From NCBI GenBank assembly GCA_965250285.1, contig OZ252299.1:5184001-5248000 (forward strand): DNA of 64,000 nt, read 5' to 3'. Origin of the DNA: Myxococcota bacterium (GTDB taxonomy: Bacteria > Myxococcota_A > UBA9160 > UBA4427). The position numbers and the translations under genes were made by a program. This document shows positions 47,305 through 56,390 of the stretch, piece by piece. Within the stretch, counting starts at the first letter, position 1, and the number at the start of each line of letters is the position of its first letter. The notes beneath the pieces are model-generated. The model was not told the DNA's origin, made no database searches, and worked only from the letters and a program-made list of their open reading frames with translations.

Positions 47305-48648
47305 TCAGCGGGGGGCGGTGACGACGAGGACTTTGCGTTGGCCCTTCGCGAGGTCGAAGTCGAACGAGTGGGTCTCGCTCGCGTTGCCTGAGAGAGACAC
47401 TTCGATCGTGTGCGAGCCCGGCGGCAGCTGCTCCCTGAAGATGTAGACGCTGCCCGGCAGGAAGAGCCACGAGCGCGTGTCGGGCTTGTCGGCAGCCGTG
47501 AGGACGGCTTCGGTGAGCAGCGCCGCGGCCCAGCCCCAGCCTTCGTTGCCGCCCGACTGGCCGGCCTGGCGCATGCCCTCCGAGGCGGCGGCTCGCACGA
47601 TCATCCTCGAGATCGCGGCCCCGATGATGCGCGGGAAGATTTCGTCGTACTCGTTCTTGATCTCGGCCGCGAGGTTGCTCGAAAACTCCATGCTCGACTT
47701 GCGGCCGTTGATCACGACCGAGGCCGAGTTGAACGCGGACGGCCACGAGACGAGCTTGGGGTAGTTGACGAACTTGAAGGCCGAGTAGCCGAGGACCGCG
47801 GGATCGCCCGTGATGTACGTGCCGGCGATCCCGACCGCGGCGCCGATCGGCATGCGCTCCGGGATCTTGTAGGGCACCCGGCCGATCGCGGCGATGACGA
47901 GGACCTCGGTCACCGGTCCGCTCGGCACCCTGGGTGCAGGTTTGGCGGCCATGTACTCCTTGAGCTTGCGTCCCCGGTAGGGGCTGATCTGGGCCAGCCG
48001 TGTCACCGGCTCGCGGAGGCTCTCGAGCTGCCGCACCTGGATCACCTCGTCGTAGTATCGCAGCGCCGAGGTCGGGTCGCCGAGCATCTCCATGGTGAAA
48101 CCCGACAGGTACGAGCCGAGCGTGCCGTACGCATGCTTCGGGTCGAACTCCTTCAGGTAGTTCTGCATCACGGTGAAGCGACGCGACTCGATGCGGGCGC
48201 CCGACCAATCCCCCAGAGAGAGGTAGTTCAGCATGTTGAACGCGTTGAGCGAGAGCTTCTCGGTGGGCGACGCGGTGTACTTACCGGCGCTGTCGCTATA
48301 GACCCACTCGCCGATCTTGCCGACGGCGTCACCCGACAGATCGAGGAAGTCGAGCTGCTTGTCGGCCTCTCCGAAGTCGCGGCTGCTGTTCTTCCACTGC
48401 TCGAGCGCCTGCAGCAGCGTGCCGCGCTCGAGGACGCCGAGGGTCTCTTCCGAGTTCCAGTCCTTGGGCAGCTCATCGGGGCCGACGCTCAGCATCTTGT
48501 CGATCGAGGAGACGCCGCCGGCGTAATCGCCGGCGGCGACGGTCCTCGACGTCGCCTGCATCTTGTCCGTATACGTGGCGCAGCCACCCACGGCGAAGAT
48601 CAGGCTTGCGACCAGGACGAGCCGGGCCACTGTGCGACGGTTCGACAT
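47305..48648 (-). CDS. COG3014-type lipoprotein with TPR-like N terminus
   Basis: Lipobox VGGC; LERGTLLQ, EKLSLNAF...NYL...ARIESRR and C-terminal ADKPDTRSWLFLP. Confidence 0.75.
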   Translation of the reverse strand: MSNRRTVARLVLVASLIFAVGGCATYTDKMQATSRTVAAGDYAGGVSSIDKMLSVGPDELPKDWNSEETLGVLERGTLLQALEQWKNSSRDFGEADKQLDFLDLSGDAVGKIGEWVYSDSAGKYTASPTEKLSLNAFNMLNYLSLGDWSGARIESRRFTVMQNYLKEFDPKHAYGTLGSYLSGFTMEMLGDPTSALRYYDEVIQVRQLESLREPVTRLAQISPYRGRKLKEYMAAKPAPRVPSGPVTEVLVIAAIGRVPYKIPERMPIGAAVGIAGTYITGDPAVLGYSAFKFVNYPKLVSWPSAFNSASVVINGRKSSMEFSSNLAAEIKNEYDEIFPRIIGAAISRMIVRAAASEGMRQAGQSGGNEGWGWAAALLTEAVLTAADKPDTRSWLFLPGSVYIFREQLPPGSHTIEVSLSGNASETHSFDFDLAKGQRKVLVVTAPR

Positions 48649-48659
48649 CAAGGCGTTGT

Positions 48660-49268
48660 TCAGCCCTTGAGCGCCTTGCTTCGGGCCGACTCGTTCTGGA
48701 ACTTCACGATGCCGGTCTCGACCTCGATGATCTGGATGAAGAGGCTGTACTGAACGCGGCGCGTCTTCTGCAGCCGCTCGTCGACCGACATCAGCTTGCC
48801 GGTGACGAAGTACTTGGCGCCGATCTGCCGACCGAGTCGGGCGGCCGAGGTCGGGTCGTAGATCGCGCCCTGTTGGATGCCGATCTCCTTCGCGAGCGCG
48901 GCCTGACGCTCCTTCGACACGACCTGAACCTCACCGCTGTTCACGAGCGCCGTCTCGAGCGACGAGAGCAGCGTGGCCATCTGGTCTTCGAGGTGCTCGG
49001 TCGTTGCGTTCTGGATCGGCCAGATCGCCATCACCGGCGGCTTGCTCGCGGGCAGCACCTCGTTGTTCCAGAACTTGCTGTCGAACAGACCGTTCAGGTT
49101 CTGGTCGACGAGGTACACGATGTCCTCGCGATCGAGCCCCGTGCTCATCGCGGGCTGATCCATGTTCGGATTTTCGGTGCCCTCGCCGCCGCGCATGGCG
49201 CGGGGCGCGCAGCCGATGGCCACGGCCAGGAGCAGAAGGAGCGCGAGAGTCGCGAGTCGATGGAGCAT
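48660..49268 (-). CDS. LpoB/CsgG-like lipoprotein
   Basis: Lipobox AIGC; IQNATTEHL, LVNSGEVQVV, SAARLGRQIGAKYFVTG, IIEVETG. Confidence 0.8.
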   Translation of the reverse strand: MLHRLATLALLLLLAVAIGCAPRAMRGGEGTENPNMDQPAMSTGLDREDIVYLVDQNLNGLFDSKFWNNEVLPASKPPVMAIWPIQNATTEHLEDQMATLLSSLETALVNSGEVQVVSKERQAALAKEIGIQQGAIYDPTSAARLGRQIGAKYFVTGKLMSVDERLQKTRRVQYSLFIQIIEVETGIVKFQNESARSKALKG

Positions 49269-49497
49269 GAGGTCCCTTTCATTCGCGTTGAATCGCTGAC
49301 GTGCTCGAAGCCCGACCGGGCCCGGACGCGTAGACGAAGCTCTATGTTGACATCCAATCGGACGTCGCGCCCCCGTGTCGCGTTCGCAGAGGGTGGGGAT
49401 TTGTGAAGATCTCGACGTGGGGGGGCGACGAGATAGCCTCTCGGAACTGCTCTGTTTTTCGTGCGGGTCGCGGCCCGACCCGCGCATCGGAGAACGC

Positions 49498-50262
49498 GTG
49501 CCCGACCTCAGCGAAGACCGCTCCGACACCGCCGGCAGCACGATGCACCTCGAGGTCGATGCCGGCCTCGCCTGGCTGACGCTCGACGACGGCCGCGCGA
49601 ACGCGATCGGCCGAGCGTTCTGTCGCGAAATGAACGAGCGCCTGGACGAGATCGAGCAGGCCGAATGTCACGCGGTGGTGTTGCGAGGTCGGCCCGGCTT
49701 CTTTTCGGGGGGGCTCGACCTCAAGGAGCTGCCCGATCTCGCGCCCGACGACCTGGTTGCGATGACCGGGCGCTTCATGGAGATGATGCACCGCCTCTTC
49801 CTCTACCCGAAGCCGATCGTGGCGGCGGCCGACGGACACGCGATCGCCGGCGGGATGATGCTCTATCTCGCCGCCGACCTTCGGCTCGCCGTCGATCGGC
49901 CCGGCGCACGCTTCGGTCTGAACGAAGCGCTGACAGGGATTCCGCTGCTCGGCGGCACAGCCGGGATCTGCACGGCGTCGATCCCGCCGCAGTTTCACAC
50001 CGAGCTGATCCTGCACGGGCGCCTGATCGATGCGCGAGGGACCGCCGACCGGGGCATCACCGACGAGCTCGTCGACGATGCGGCGTCACTCGAGGCGCGA
50101 GCGCGCGCCCGGGCCGCGGCGCTCTCCGATCTCGACGGGCCAGCATATGGGCTCAACAAGCGGATCCTGCGCGAGCCCGCGTGGGAGGCGGCCGTGGCCC
50201 AGGCCGAGCAGCTCGCCGACCAGGCGCCGGCCGGCAACGTCTTCGCGTCGATTCGCCGCTGA
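49498..50262 (+). CDS. Enoyl-CoA hydratase/isomerase (crotonase) family
   Basis: LDDGRANAI, FFSGGLDL, PKPIVAAADGHAIAGG, FGLNE; GGAG upstream of GTG. Confidence 0.92.
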   Translation: MPDLSEDRSDTAGSTMHLEVDAGLAWLTLDDGRANAIGRAFCREMNERLDEIEQAECHAVVLRGRPGFFSGGLDLKELPDLAPDDLVAMTGRFMEMMHRLFLYPKPIVAAADGHAIAGGMMLYLAADLRLAVDRPGARFGLNEALTGIPLLGGTAGICTASIPPQFHTELILHGRLIDARGTADRGITDELVDDAASLEARARARAAALSDLDGPAYGLNKRILREPAWEAAVAQAEQLADQAPAGNVFASIRR

Positions 50263-50270
50263 GCTCGTCC

Positions 50271-50454
50271 GCCGGTTTCTCAGGGCAGGGCGCCTTCTCG
50301 CCGGTCGCGCGTCGGGTTCTCGGGGCAGGGCGCGTTCTCGCCGGTCGCGCGTCGGTTTCTCAGGGCAGGGCGCCTTCTCGCCAGGCGCGCGTCGGCTTCT
50401 CAGGGCAGGGTCCCTTCGTACCGGGCGCGCGTCGAGTTCTCAGGGCAGGGCGCC
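50271..50454. repeat. 40-bp tandem repeat, ~4.6 copies, overlapping the carboxyltransferase stop codon
   Basis: Units start at 50271, 50311, 50351, 50391 and 50431; consensus GTCGGTTTCTCAGGGCAGGGCGCCTTCTCGCCGGTCGCGC. Confidence 0.92.
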
Positions 50455-51987
50455 GCGCCGTCCGACCGGAGAGAAGGGGCCTTCTGCCCGAGCCTCCGAG
50501 AGCTCGAGACCGGTGAGCAGCGCATTGCGCAGCTCGCGCGGGTCGATGATCTCATCGAAGGCCATCGAGTCGGCGATGCCCCACGGCCCGTCGACCTCGC
50601 GTGCGTCGAGCGCGGCCTGCTCGGCTTCACTGGCCTTCGAGGCGGCGCCGCCGCCCTTCGCGGGCATCGCGCCCATGCTGGCATTGGGAAACGCCAGCGA
50701 GAGGGTCTGCCCGTCGAAGGGGTTCATCGCCATCACCGAGCTGCCAAAGCCGAAGGCCTTGCGCAGGGTGACATGCAGCTTCGGCCCGTCGAGTCGGTGC
50801 TGTGCGGCGAACATCCGCGCCGCTGCGCGCAGCGCGCCCGATCGCTCGGCCGCGAGCCCCGCCATCACGCCCGGGTTGTCCGCCAGGAACACGATGGGCA
50901 GATGGAATGCGCCTGCCACTTCGATGAAGCGCGCGCCCTTCTCCGCCGCCTCGGCGTCGAGGGTGCCGGCCTTGAAGCCGGGGTCGTTGGCCACGATCGC
51001 GACGCTGCGGCCCGCGAGCCTTCCGAATGCGGTCAGCAGGGCGCGGCCGTGCTTCGGCTGCACGATGAAGAGGCTCTCGCGATCGACCAGCCGCTCGAGC
51101 ACGTGCTTCATCTTGTAGGGCTTGCGCAGGTCTTCGGGCACGATGTCGAGGATGTCGTCGAGCAGCCGCTCCCCGTCGCTCGCCTCGGTGCGCGGCGGTG
51201 CCTGCCACGCGTTCGAAGGAAAGAACGAGAGATATCTTCGGGCCTGTTCGAGCGCGGCCACGTCGCTCTTTGCGACGTTGTGGACGACGCCGCCCTGGCG
51301 GACCGAGACGTCGGGGCCGCCCAGCTCCTCCTTGGTGACCTGCTCGCCCGTCGCTGCAATGACGAGCGGCGGGCCCGCGGCGAAGACCGCCGCGTTCTCG
51401 CTCATGACGGCGAAGTCCATCAGCGGAGCAGCCAGCGCGCTGTGGCCTGCCGACGCACCGAGCACCACGCACACCGTCGGCACGATCCCCGCGAGGTCGA
51501 CGAGACCCTGCAGATCGTTCGGCGTTCGGCCGTGGCCCTTCAGCGCGTTGGTCATGCGGTGGCCCGCGCCATGCAGGATGAAGACGAGGGGGAGCCGCTC
51601 CTGTCGCGCGAGCTGGGTCAGCCGGTAGCGTTTGTCGGCGCCGCCGAGGCCGATGCTGCCCCCCATGACCGTCGCGTCCTCGGCGCCGACGAGCACCGGC
51701 CGGCCGTCGATCCGCCCGAAGCCGGCGGGAAACGCATCGGCGGGCGTCGCCGGTTCGCCGGGCGCCGTGGCGCCGCCGACGAGCGTACCGAGCTCGCGAA
51801 ACGAGCCTTCGTCGAGCAAGGCGTCGATTCGGGCTCGCGCCGAGAGCTCGCCGAGCGCCGCGCGCTTTTCGAGCTTCTCGCGGCCTCCCATCGCTCGGGC
51901 GGTCGTGCGCCTCGCCTCGAGCGCCTCGATGCGAGGCTTCCAGGCCGCCTCGCCCCGCTCGCTCGCGTCGTCTCGATCGCTCGACAT
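50440..51987 (-). CDS. Acyl-CoA carboxylase/decarboxylase carboxyltransferase subunit
   Basis: SARARIDALLDEGSF, DATVMGGS, FAAGPPLV, EELGG, IVANDP, ADNPG, LRKAFGFG, DEIIDPRELR. Confidence 0.93.
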   Translation of the reverse strand: MSSDRDDASERGEAAWKPRIEALEARRTTARAMGGREKLEKRAALGELSARARIDALLDEGSFRELGTLVGGATAPGEPATPADAFPAGFGRIDGRPVLVGAEDATVMGGSIGLGGADKRYRLTQLARQERLPLVFILHGAGHRMTNALKGHGRTPNDLQGLVDLAGIVPTVCVVLGASAGHSALAAPLMDFAVMSENAAVFAAGPPLVIAATGEQVTKEELGGPDVSVRQGGVVHNVAKSDVAALEQARRYLSFFPSNAWQAPPRTEASDGERLLDDILDIVPEDLRKPYKMKHVLERLVDRESLFIVQPKHGRALLTAFGRLAGRSVAIVANDPGFKAGTLDAEAAEKGARFIEVAGAFHLPIVFLADNPGVMAGLAAERSGALRAAARMFAAQHRLDGPKLHVTLRKAFGFGSSVMAMNPFDGQTLSLAFPNASMGAMPAKGGGAASKASEAEQAALDAREVDGPWGIADSMAFDEIIDPRELRNALLTGLELSEARAEGPFSPVGRRGALP

Positions 51988-52119
51988 GCCGTCACTCCCG
52001 GGCCTCGCGCCGCGTGAGGCCGCGCCGCCGCATTTGACGGTGTGCCATCGACCTTGCGGCTGCAATGGCGCTGGGCTGAAATCGCGATGCAGACGCATCG
52101 CGTCCGCGAGAAACCCCTC

Positions 52120-53247
52120 ATGATGGCAGTCGACGACGAAGCCGCCGGTGCGGCGCAAGTGAGGCGCCGCAGCGCGCGCAGGCCGGGCCGGTCGAGGCCG
52201 CGGCGCGTCGACGTGTGCGTCGTCTTCTTTGCTTTGCTGCTCGGTGCAGCGAGTGCGCTGGCCGAGCCCGTCGAGAGCGAAGGCGGTGGGGCGCCCGTCG
52301 AGGTCGCACCCGAGGCGCCCGCCGATGCGCAGCCGGGGGGCGCATCGCCGGGGCCGGAGCCGTCGTACGCGACCTTCGAAGCGCCCTCGGGCGAGTTCCG
52401 ACGTCTGTTGCCCGAGTGGGAGTACGCACCGGGTGAGGATTGGAACAAGGCCAAGCGCGTCGGCGGCCGCAGCGCCAAGGTCGGCTGGGACTTCGTGAAC
52501 GACACGGTCTCGGACAGTTGGTACACGCTCTCGTCGCCGATCCGCTGGCGCTGGAAGGAATGGCTGATCGTCGGCGCAGCCGCAGGCACGACGACCGGTC
52601 TCATCTTTCTCGCCGACGAGCCGCTGCGCGATGCCGCGCGCAAGAGCGAGCGATTCTACGAGTATGGCGAGAACGTGCGTTGGGTCGGTCAGGGCGGTGC
52701 GCTGGGCGGCTTGACCGGGGGGCTGTTGCTCACCGGTCTGGTGTTCGACCGGCCGCAAGACTATGAGACCGTGAAGCTGCTGCTCGAGTCGGCGCTCATC
52801 GGCCATGGCTACGGGTTGGCCATGAAGTACAGCGCGGGTCGGTATCGACCGCGCACGGATCGCAGCGCGAGGTCGTTCGATCCATTCAGCGGCAACGTCT
52901 CGATGCCGTCGGGTGAAGCGCTCAACGTGTTCCTGCTCGCGGGCGTGATGGCCGAGCGCTATCCGAACTGGCCCGTGCGGATCCTGTCGTACGGCACGGC
53001 CGCGGCGGTGGGAGCGGGGCGCATCGCGCTCGATGCGCACTGGGGCAGCGACATCTTCGTGAGCGCGGTGATCGGCATCGCGGTGTCGAAGACCGTGGTG
53101 AAGCTGAATGCGATTCGCGCCCGCGACCGCGAGCTGAGGAAGCGACTCGAGCTGTCGGGCGACGCCACCCCGAGCCTGCGCAAGCCGAAGCTCCGCCACT
53201 ATCTGGCGGCGACGTCGCGCTCGGTGCGGTGGACGGTGGTGTTCTGA
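52120..53247 (+). CDS. PAP2-superfamily protein with atypical C2 motif
   Basis: C1 KYSAGRYRP, C2 SMPSGE, C3 GRIALDAHWGSD; signal-like hydrophobic N region. Start uncertain. Confidence 0.82.
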   Translation: MMAVDDEAAGAAQVRRRSARRPGRSRPRRVDVCVVFFALLLGAASALAEPVESEGGGAPVEVAPEAPADAQPGGASPGPEPSYATFEAPSGEFRRLLPEWEYAPGEDWNKAKRVGGRSAKVGWDFVNDTVSDSWYTLSSPIRWRWKEWLIVGAAAGTTTGLIFLADEPLRDAARKSERFYEYGENVRWVGQGGALGGLTGGLLLTGLVFDRPQDYETVKLLLESALIGHGYGLAMKYSAGRYRPRTDRSARSFDPFSGNVSMPSGEALNVFLLAGVMAERYPNWPVRILSYGTAAAVGAGRIALDAHWGSDIFVSAVIGIAVSKTVVKLNAIRARDRELRKRLELSGDATPSLRKPKLRHYLAATSRSVRWTVVF

Positions 53248-53286
53248 TCGGCGGGGCCCTCGTCTGCGTTCGCGAGGGGGGTGCAT

Positions 53287-53690
53287 GGGTCGCGTTTTCG
53301 GGGGTGTCGTCCTCAGACTACGGCTCGCTGGCTTTGCGGCGGCCCTTCGTTTGCGCCCGGGGCGAGCGCCGGGGTGGTGTTGGCGCTCGCGTTCAACTTG
53401 CGGGCGCCACCCCCGAAAACGCGAGGCGTTTGGGTCCGGCGTGTGGCCGCTGGCGTGGGCCGCGTTCTTTTTTGGGGTTGCGGGGGAGAAACGAAGCTTG
53501 TCGTCGATTCGGGGATCGCAGGGCTCGAACGAACGCTTGTGAGAAAAAGTCGCTTTTCGAGTTCTTGTGGGTGACGGCCGCGCGTCCGAGGCAGGCCTCG
53601 TACATGCAACCGTGCATCGAAGTGGGCGTAGGCAGTTCGTTTCCGTACGGCTTGCCCGCTGCAGTCTGAGGACGACACCTCCGAGATCAC
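53287..53690. repeat. Dispersed inverted-repeat element, copy B
   Basis: 17-bp perfect IR 53290-53306 / 53408-53424, plus outer 22-bp IR (1 mismatch) 53298-53319 / 53663-53684. Confidence 0.8.
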
Positions 53691-53817
53691 CGCTTGCGCC
53701 GCCCATCTTCTCGAAGTCGACTCCGGTCCAATCGCTTCGCGAGCAACGGCTTGCAGAGAGCGGGGCGTGGTAGGGTGATCGGGTGCGTCGTTCACCCGGC
53801 GCCAGGTGGGAGAGTCG

Positions 53818-54207
53818 ATGAAGGCGCGGTTTGCAGAGAAGTGTCGCGAGGTCTGTGACGCGCATGGGTGGGAGCTCTTGCCGACGGGCGTGCTCGTGCA
53901 GTTCGGCGACGGGCGCAAGCAGCTCGTGTCGCTCGAGTTCTTCGAGTTCGACAGCGAAGAACTCGTGCGGCTCATGTCGACGATCGGACCGACGGACACG
54001 ATGACGCCCGAGGAGCTCACGACGGCCCTTCGCAGCAACGCCGAGGTGGCTCACGGTGCGCTGGCGATTCGCGACGATGAGCTGGTGCTCGTCGACACGC
54101 TGCTGATCGACGGGCTCGAGGCGTCGGCGCTCGCGGCGTCGATCGAGTTTCTCGCGACCAGCGCAGACGACACGGAGCGCGTGGCGTTTCGGACGGACGC
54201 CCACTGA
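53818..54207 (+). CDS. YbjN/CesT chaperone-fold hypothetical protein
   Basis: 129 aa, acidic; DGRKQLV, STIG, ALRSN...HGALAI and C-terminal helix LATSADDTE; GGGAG RBS. Confidence 0.7.
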   Translation: MKARFAEKCREVCDAHGWELLPTGVLVQFGDGRKQLVSLEFFEFDSEELVRLMSTIGPTDTMTPEELTTALRSNAEVAHGALAIRDDELVLVDTLLIDGLEASALAASIEFLATSADDTERVAFRTDAH

Positions 54208-54299
54208 ATCTGCGTGCCGACGTGGTTGCACGGGTTCGCGATCGAGCGGCAGCATGCTCGAGCTGCGCCCGGCCCGCGGTGTCGTCGGGGGAGAGTGAG

Positions 54300-56390
54300 C
54301 TAGCCGCGATCGAGCATGTAGTCGCCGGCGTCGTCGACGCGGCAGGTCCATCCCGGGTAGACGACGATCGTGGTGAACGTCTCTTCGATGATGCCCGGGG
54401 CCTCGACGAAGTCGCCCGGGCCCAGGTCGGGACCGTGGTAGATCGGCGTGTCGGCGAAGCCCGTGCCCAGGTTGGCGCGGCGCGTCGTCTTCGGTTCGGC
54501 CCGGCTGGGTTTCGCGTTGCTGCCCGACTGAAACGCCGGTGCGGCGATCGGCGCCGAGATCACCAGGCGTACGCCCGTGATCTCGGGCGCCTCCAGATCG
54601 CGGCGATGCCCGTACTCGGCCTCGTGCCGTGCATGGAAGCGCGCGATCATGTCGGCCGGGAGCGAGGCGTTCACGAACGAGAGGTCGCGCGCCCCCGTGA
54701 CCGTGGCGACGTCGACCGAGAGCGACCAGTTCTGCCCGGGGTAGCGCAGGTTGAGCTTGTACTGTGCTTCGACGTCGTTTCGATCGAAGCCCGCGGCCGA
54801 GAAGTAGCCTTCGGCCCGAGCATCGAGCTCCTCCCAAAGCGCCCGCAGACGTTCGACATCGGCTTCGGCCACGCCGACGAGGTAGGCGCGCTCTTCGTCG
54901 ATGATCGGCTTCGCGGCGAGTGCGCCCACGGCCGAGAACGTCGGCGATGAGCGGGGCACGAGCACGCGATCGATCCCGAGCTCTTGCGCCTGAATGCCCG
55001 CGAAGACCGGTCCGTTGCCGCCGTAGGCCAACATCGACAGGTCGCGCGGATCGAGACCGCGTTCGGCCGTGGTGCGGCGCACCGCTTGGGTCATGTTCGC
55101 GTTGACGATGCGCCACACGTCGAACGCCGCTTCTTCGACGGAGAGCCCCAGCGGCTTTGCGACGTGCTCTTCGAACGCTTCGTCGACGCCCTTGCGTGTC
55201 AGACGGAAGCTGCCACCCGCGAAATCCGACTCGTCTGAGAGCAGGCCGAGGATCAGGTTGGCGTCCGTGACGGTCGGTCGCGATCCGCCGCGGCCGTAGC
55301 AGACAGGGCCGGGATCGGAGCCCGCGCTCTCCGGGCCGACCTGAAGCTGGCCGCCATTCAGGTGCGCGATCGATCCGCCGCCCGCGCCCAGGGTTTCGAC
55401 TTTGACCATCGGCGTGGCGACGAGATAGCGGTGATGCCAGTTGAAGCCGGGGTCGGCCGGTGCCTCGCCGCCCACTACGACCGACACGTCGTAGCTCGTG
55501 CCTCCCATGTCGACGCAGAGCAGGTCGGGTGCGCCCTTCGCCCGACCGATGTGCGCGCCGCCCACGACGCCGCCGGCGGGCCCCGATGCGAGCACGCGCA
55601 CGGGGCTGCCGCGCAGGTACTCGCGGGTCATCACGCCGCCGCTCGACTGCATGACGAGCAGGTCGCTCGTGTAGCCGGCCTCGGCGAGTCGGCGGGTGAG
55701 GCGGTCGAGGTAGCTCGACACCTTCGGGCCGACGTAGGCGTTGACGACGGTCGTGCTGGTGCGTTCGAACTCGGGCGCGCGGGGCAGCACCTCGTGCGAC
55801 ATCGAGATGGCCGCACCGGGCAGCTCCTCGGCGACGATCTCAGCGAGTCGCTTCTCGTGCGCCGGGTTGACGAACGAGAAGAGCAGACAGATTGCGACCG
55901 ACTCGACGCCTTGCTTTGCGAGTCGGCGAATCGCCGCCCGCGCAGCTTCTTCGTCGAGCGGCGTGTGCACGCTGCCGTCGAAGGTCAGGCGCTCCGGGAC
56001 GGTCAGCCGCCGACGCCGCGGCGCGATGGGCTTCGGCGGGGCGAGGCGCACGTCCCAGATGTCTTCCTTGAAACCGCGACGCAGCTCGAGCTCATCGCGA
56101 AAACCCTGGGTCGTGAGCAAGCCCGTCACCGCCCCATCCATTTCGATGAGCGTATTGTCGGCCACCGTCGTGCCGTGAATGATCGCTTCGAGCCGAGCGA
56201 CGAAGGCTTCGAGTTCGAGGCCTTCATGAGCGGCCAGCTTCCCGAGCCCGGTCATGACCGCCTCGCTCCGGTCCTCGGGTGTGCTCAGCGTCTTCTCGAT
56301 GACGAGGCCGTCTTCACCTTCGTCCTTTTGCAGGACGAAGTCGGTGAACGTGCCGCCAATGTCGATGCCCACGCGCCAGCCCACGGTCAC
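54300..56390 (-). CDS. Hydantoinase A / oxoprolinase family subunit
   Basis: GIDIGGTFTD, HGTTVADN, EFERTSTTVVNAY, SGPAGG, DMGGTSYD, GAGGGSIA, PTVTDA, RYPGQ. Confidence 0.95.
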   Translation of the reverse strand: MTVGWRVGIDIGGTFTDFVLQKDEGEDGLVIEKTLSTPEDRSEAVMTGLGKLAAHEGLELEAFVARLEAIIHGTTVADNTLIEMDGAVTGLLTTQGFRDELELRRGFKEDIWDVRLAPPKPIAPRRRRLTVPERLTFDGSVHTPLDEEAARAAIRRLAKQGVESVAICLLFSFVNPAHEKRLAEIVAEELPGAAISMSHEVLPRAPEFERTSTTVVNAYVGPKVSSYLDRLTRRLAEAGYTSDLLVMQSSGGVMTREYLRGSPVRVLASGPAGGVVGGAHIGRAKGAPDLLCVDMGGTSYDVSVVVGGEAPADPGFNWHHRYLVATPMVKVETLGAGGGSIAHLNGGQLQVGPESAGSDPGPVCYGRGGSRPTVTDANLILGLLSDESDFAGGSFRLTRKGVDEAFEEHVAKPLGLSVEEAAFDVWRIVNANMTQAVRRTTAERGLDPRDLSMLAYGGNGPVFAGIQAQELGIDRVLVPRSSPTFSAVGALAAKPIIDEERAYLVGVAEADVERLRALWEELDARAEGYFSAAGFDRNDVEAQYKLNLRYPGQNWSLSVDVATVTGARDLSFVNASLPADMIARFHARHEAEYGHRRDLEAPEITGVRLVISAPIAAPAFQSGSNAKPSRAEPKTTRRANLGTGFADTPIYHGPDLGPGDFVEAPGIIEETFTTIVVYPGWTCRVDDAGDYMLDRG

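Noticed and set aside
50271..50454. Possible CRISPR array
   Set aside because: The whole 40-bp unit is repeated, with no unique spacers. There are no cas genes or leader.
53229..53773. Short ORFs in intergenic repeats sharing the peptide SLRTTPP
   Set aside because: These are translations of the repeated DNA motif in varying frames and strands, with atypical codon usage.
50440..55116. 1558-aa ORF suggesting a giant fusion protein
   Set aside because: Only the last 515 aa are a carboxyltransferase. The rest is stop-free shadow over the PAP2, YbjN-like and hydantoinase genes and a repeat element, as expected in GC-rich DNA.
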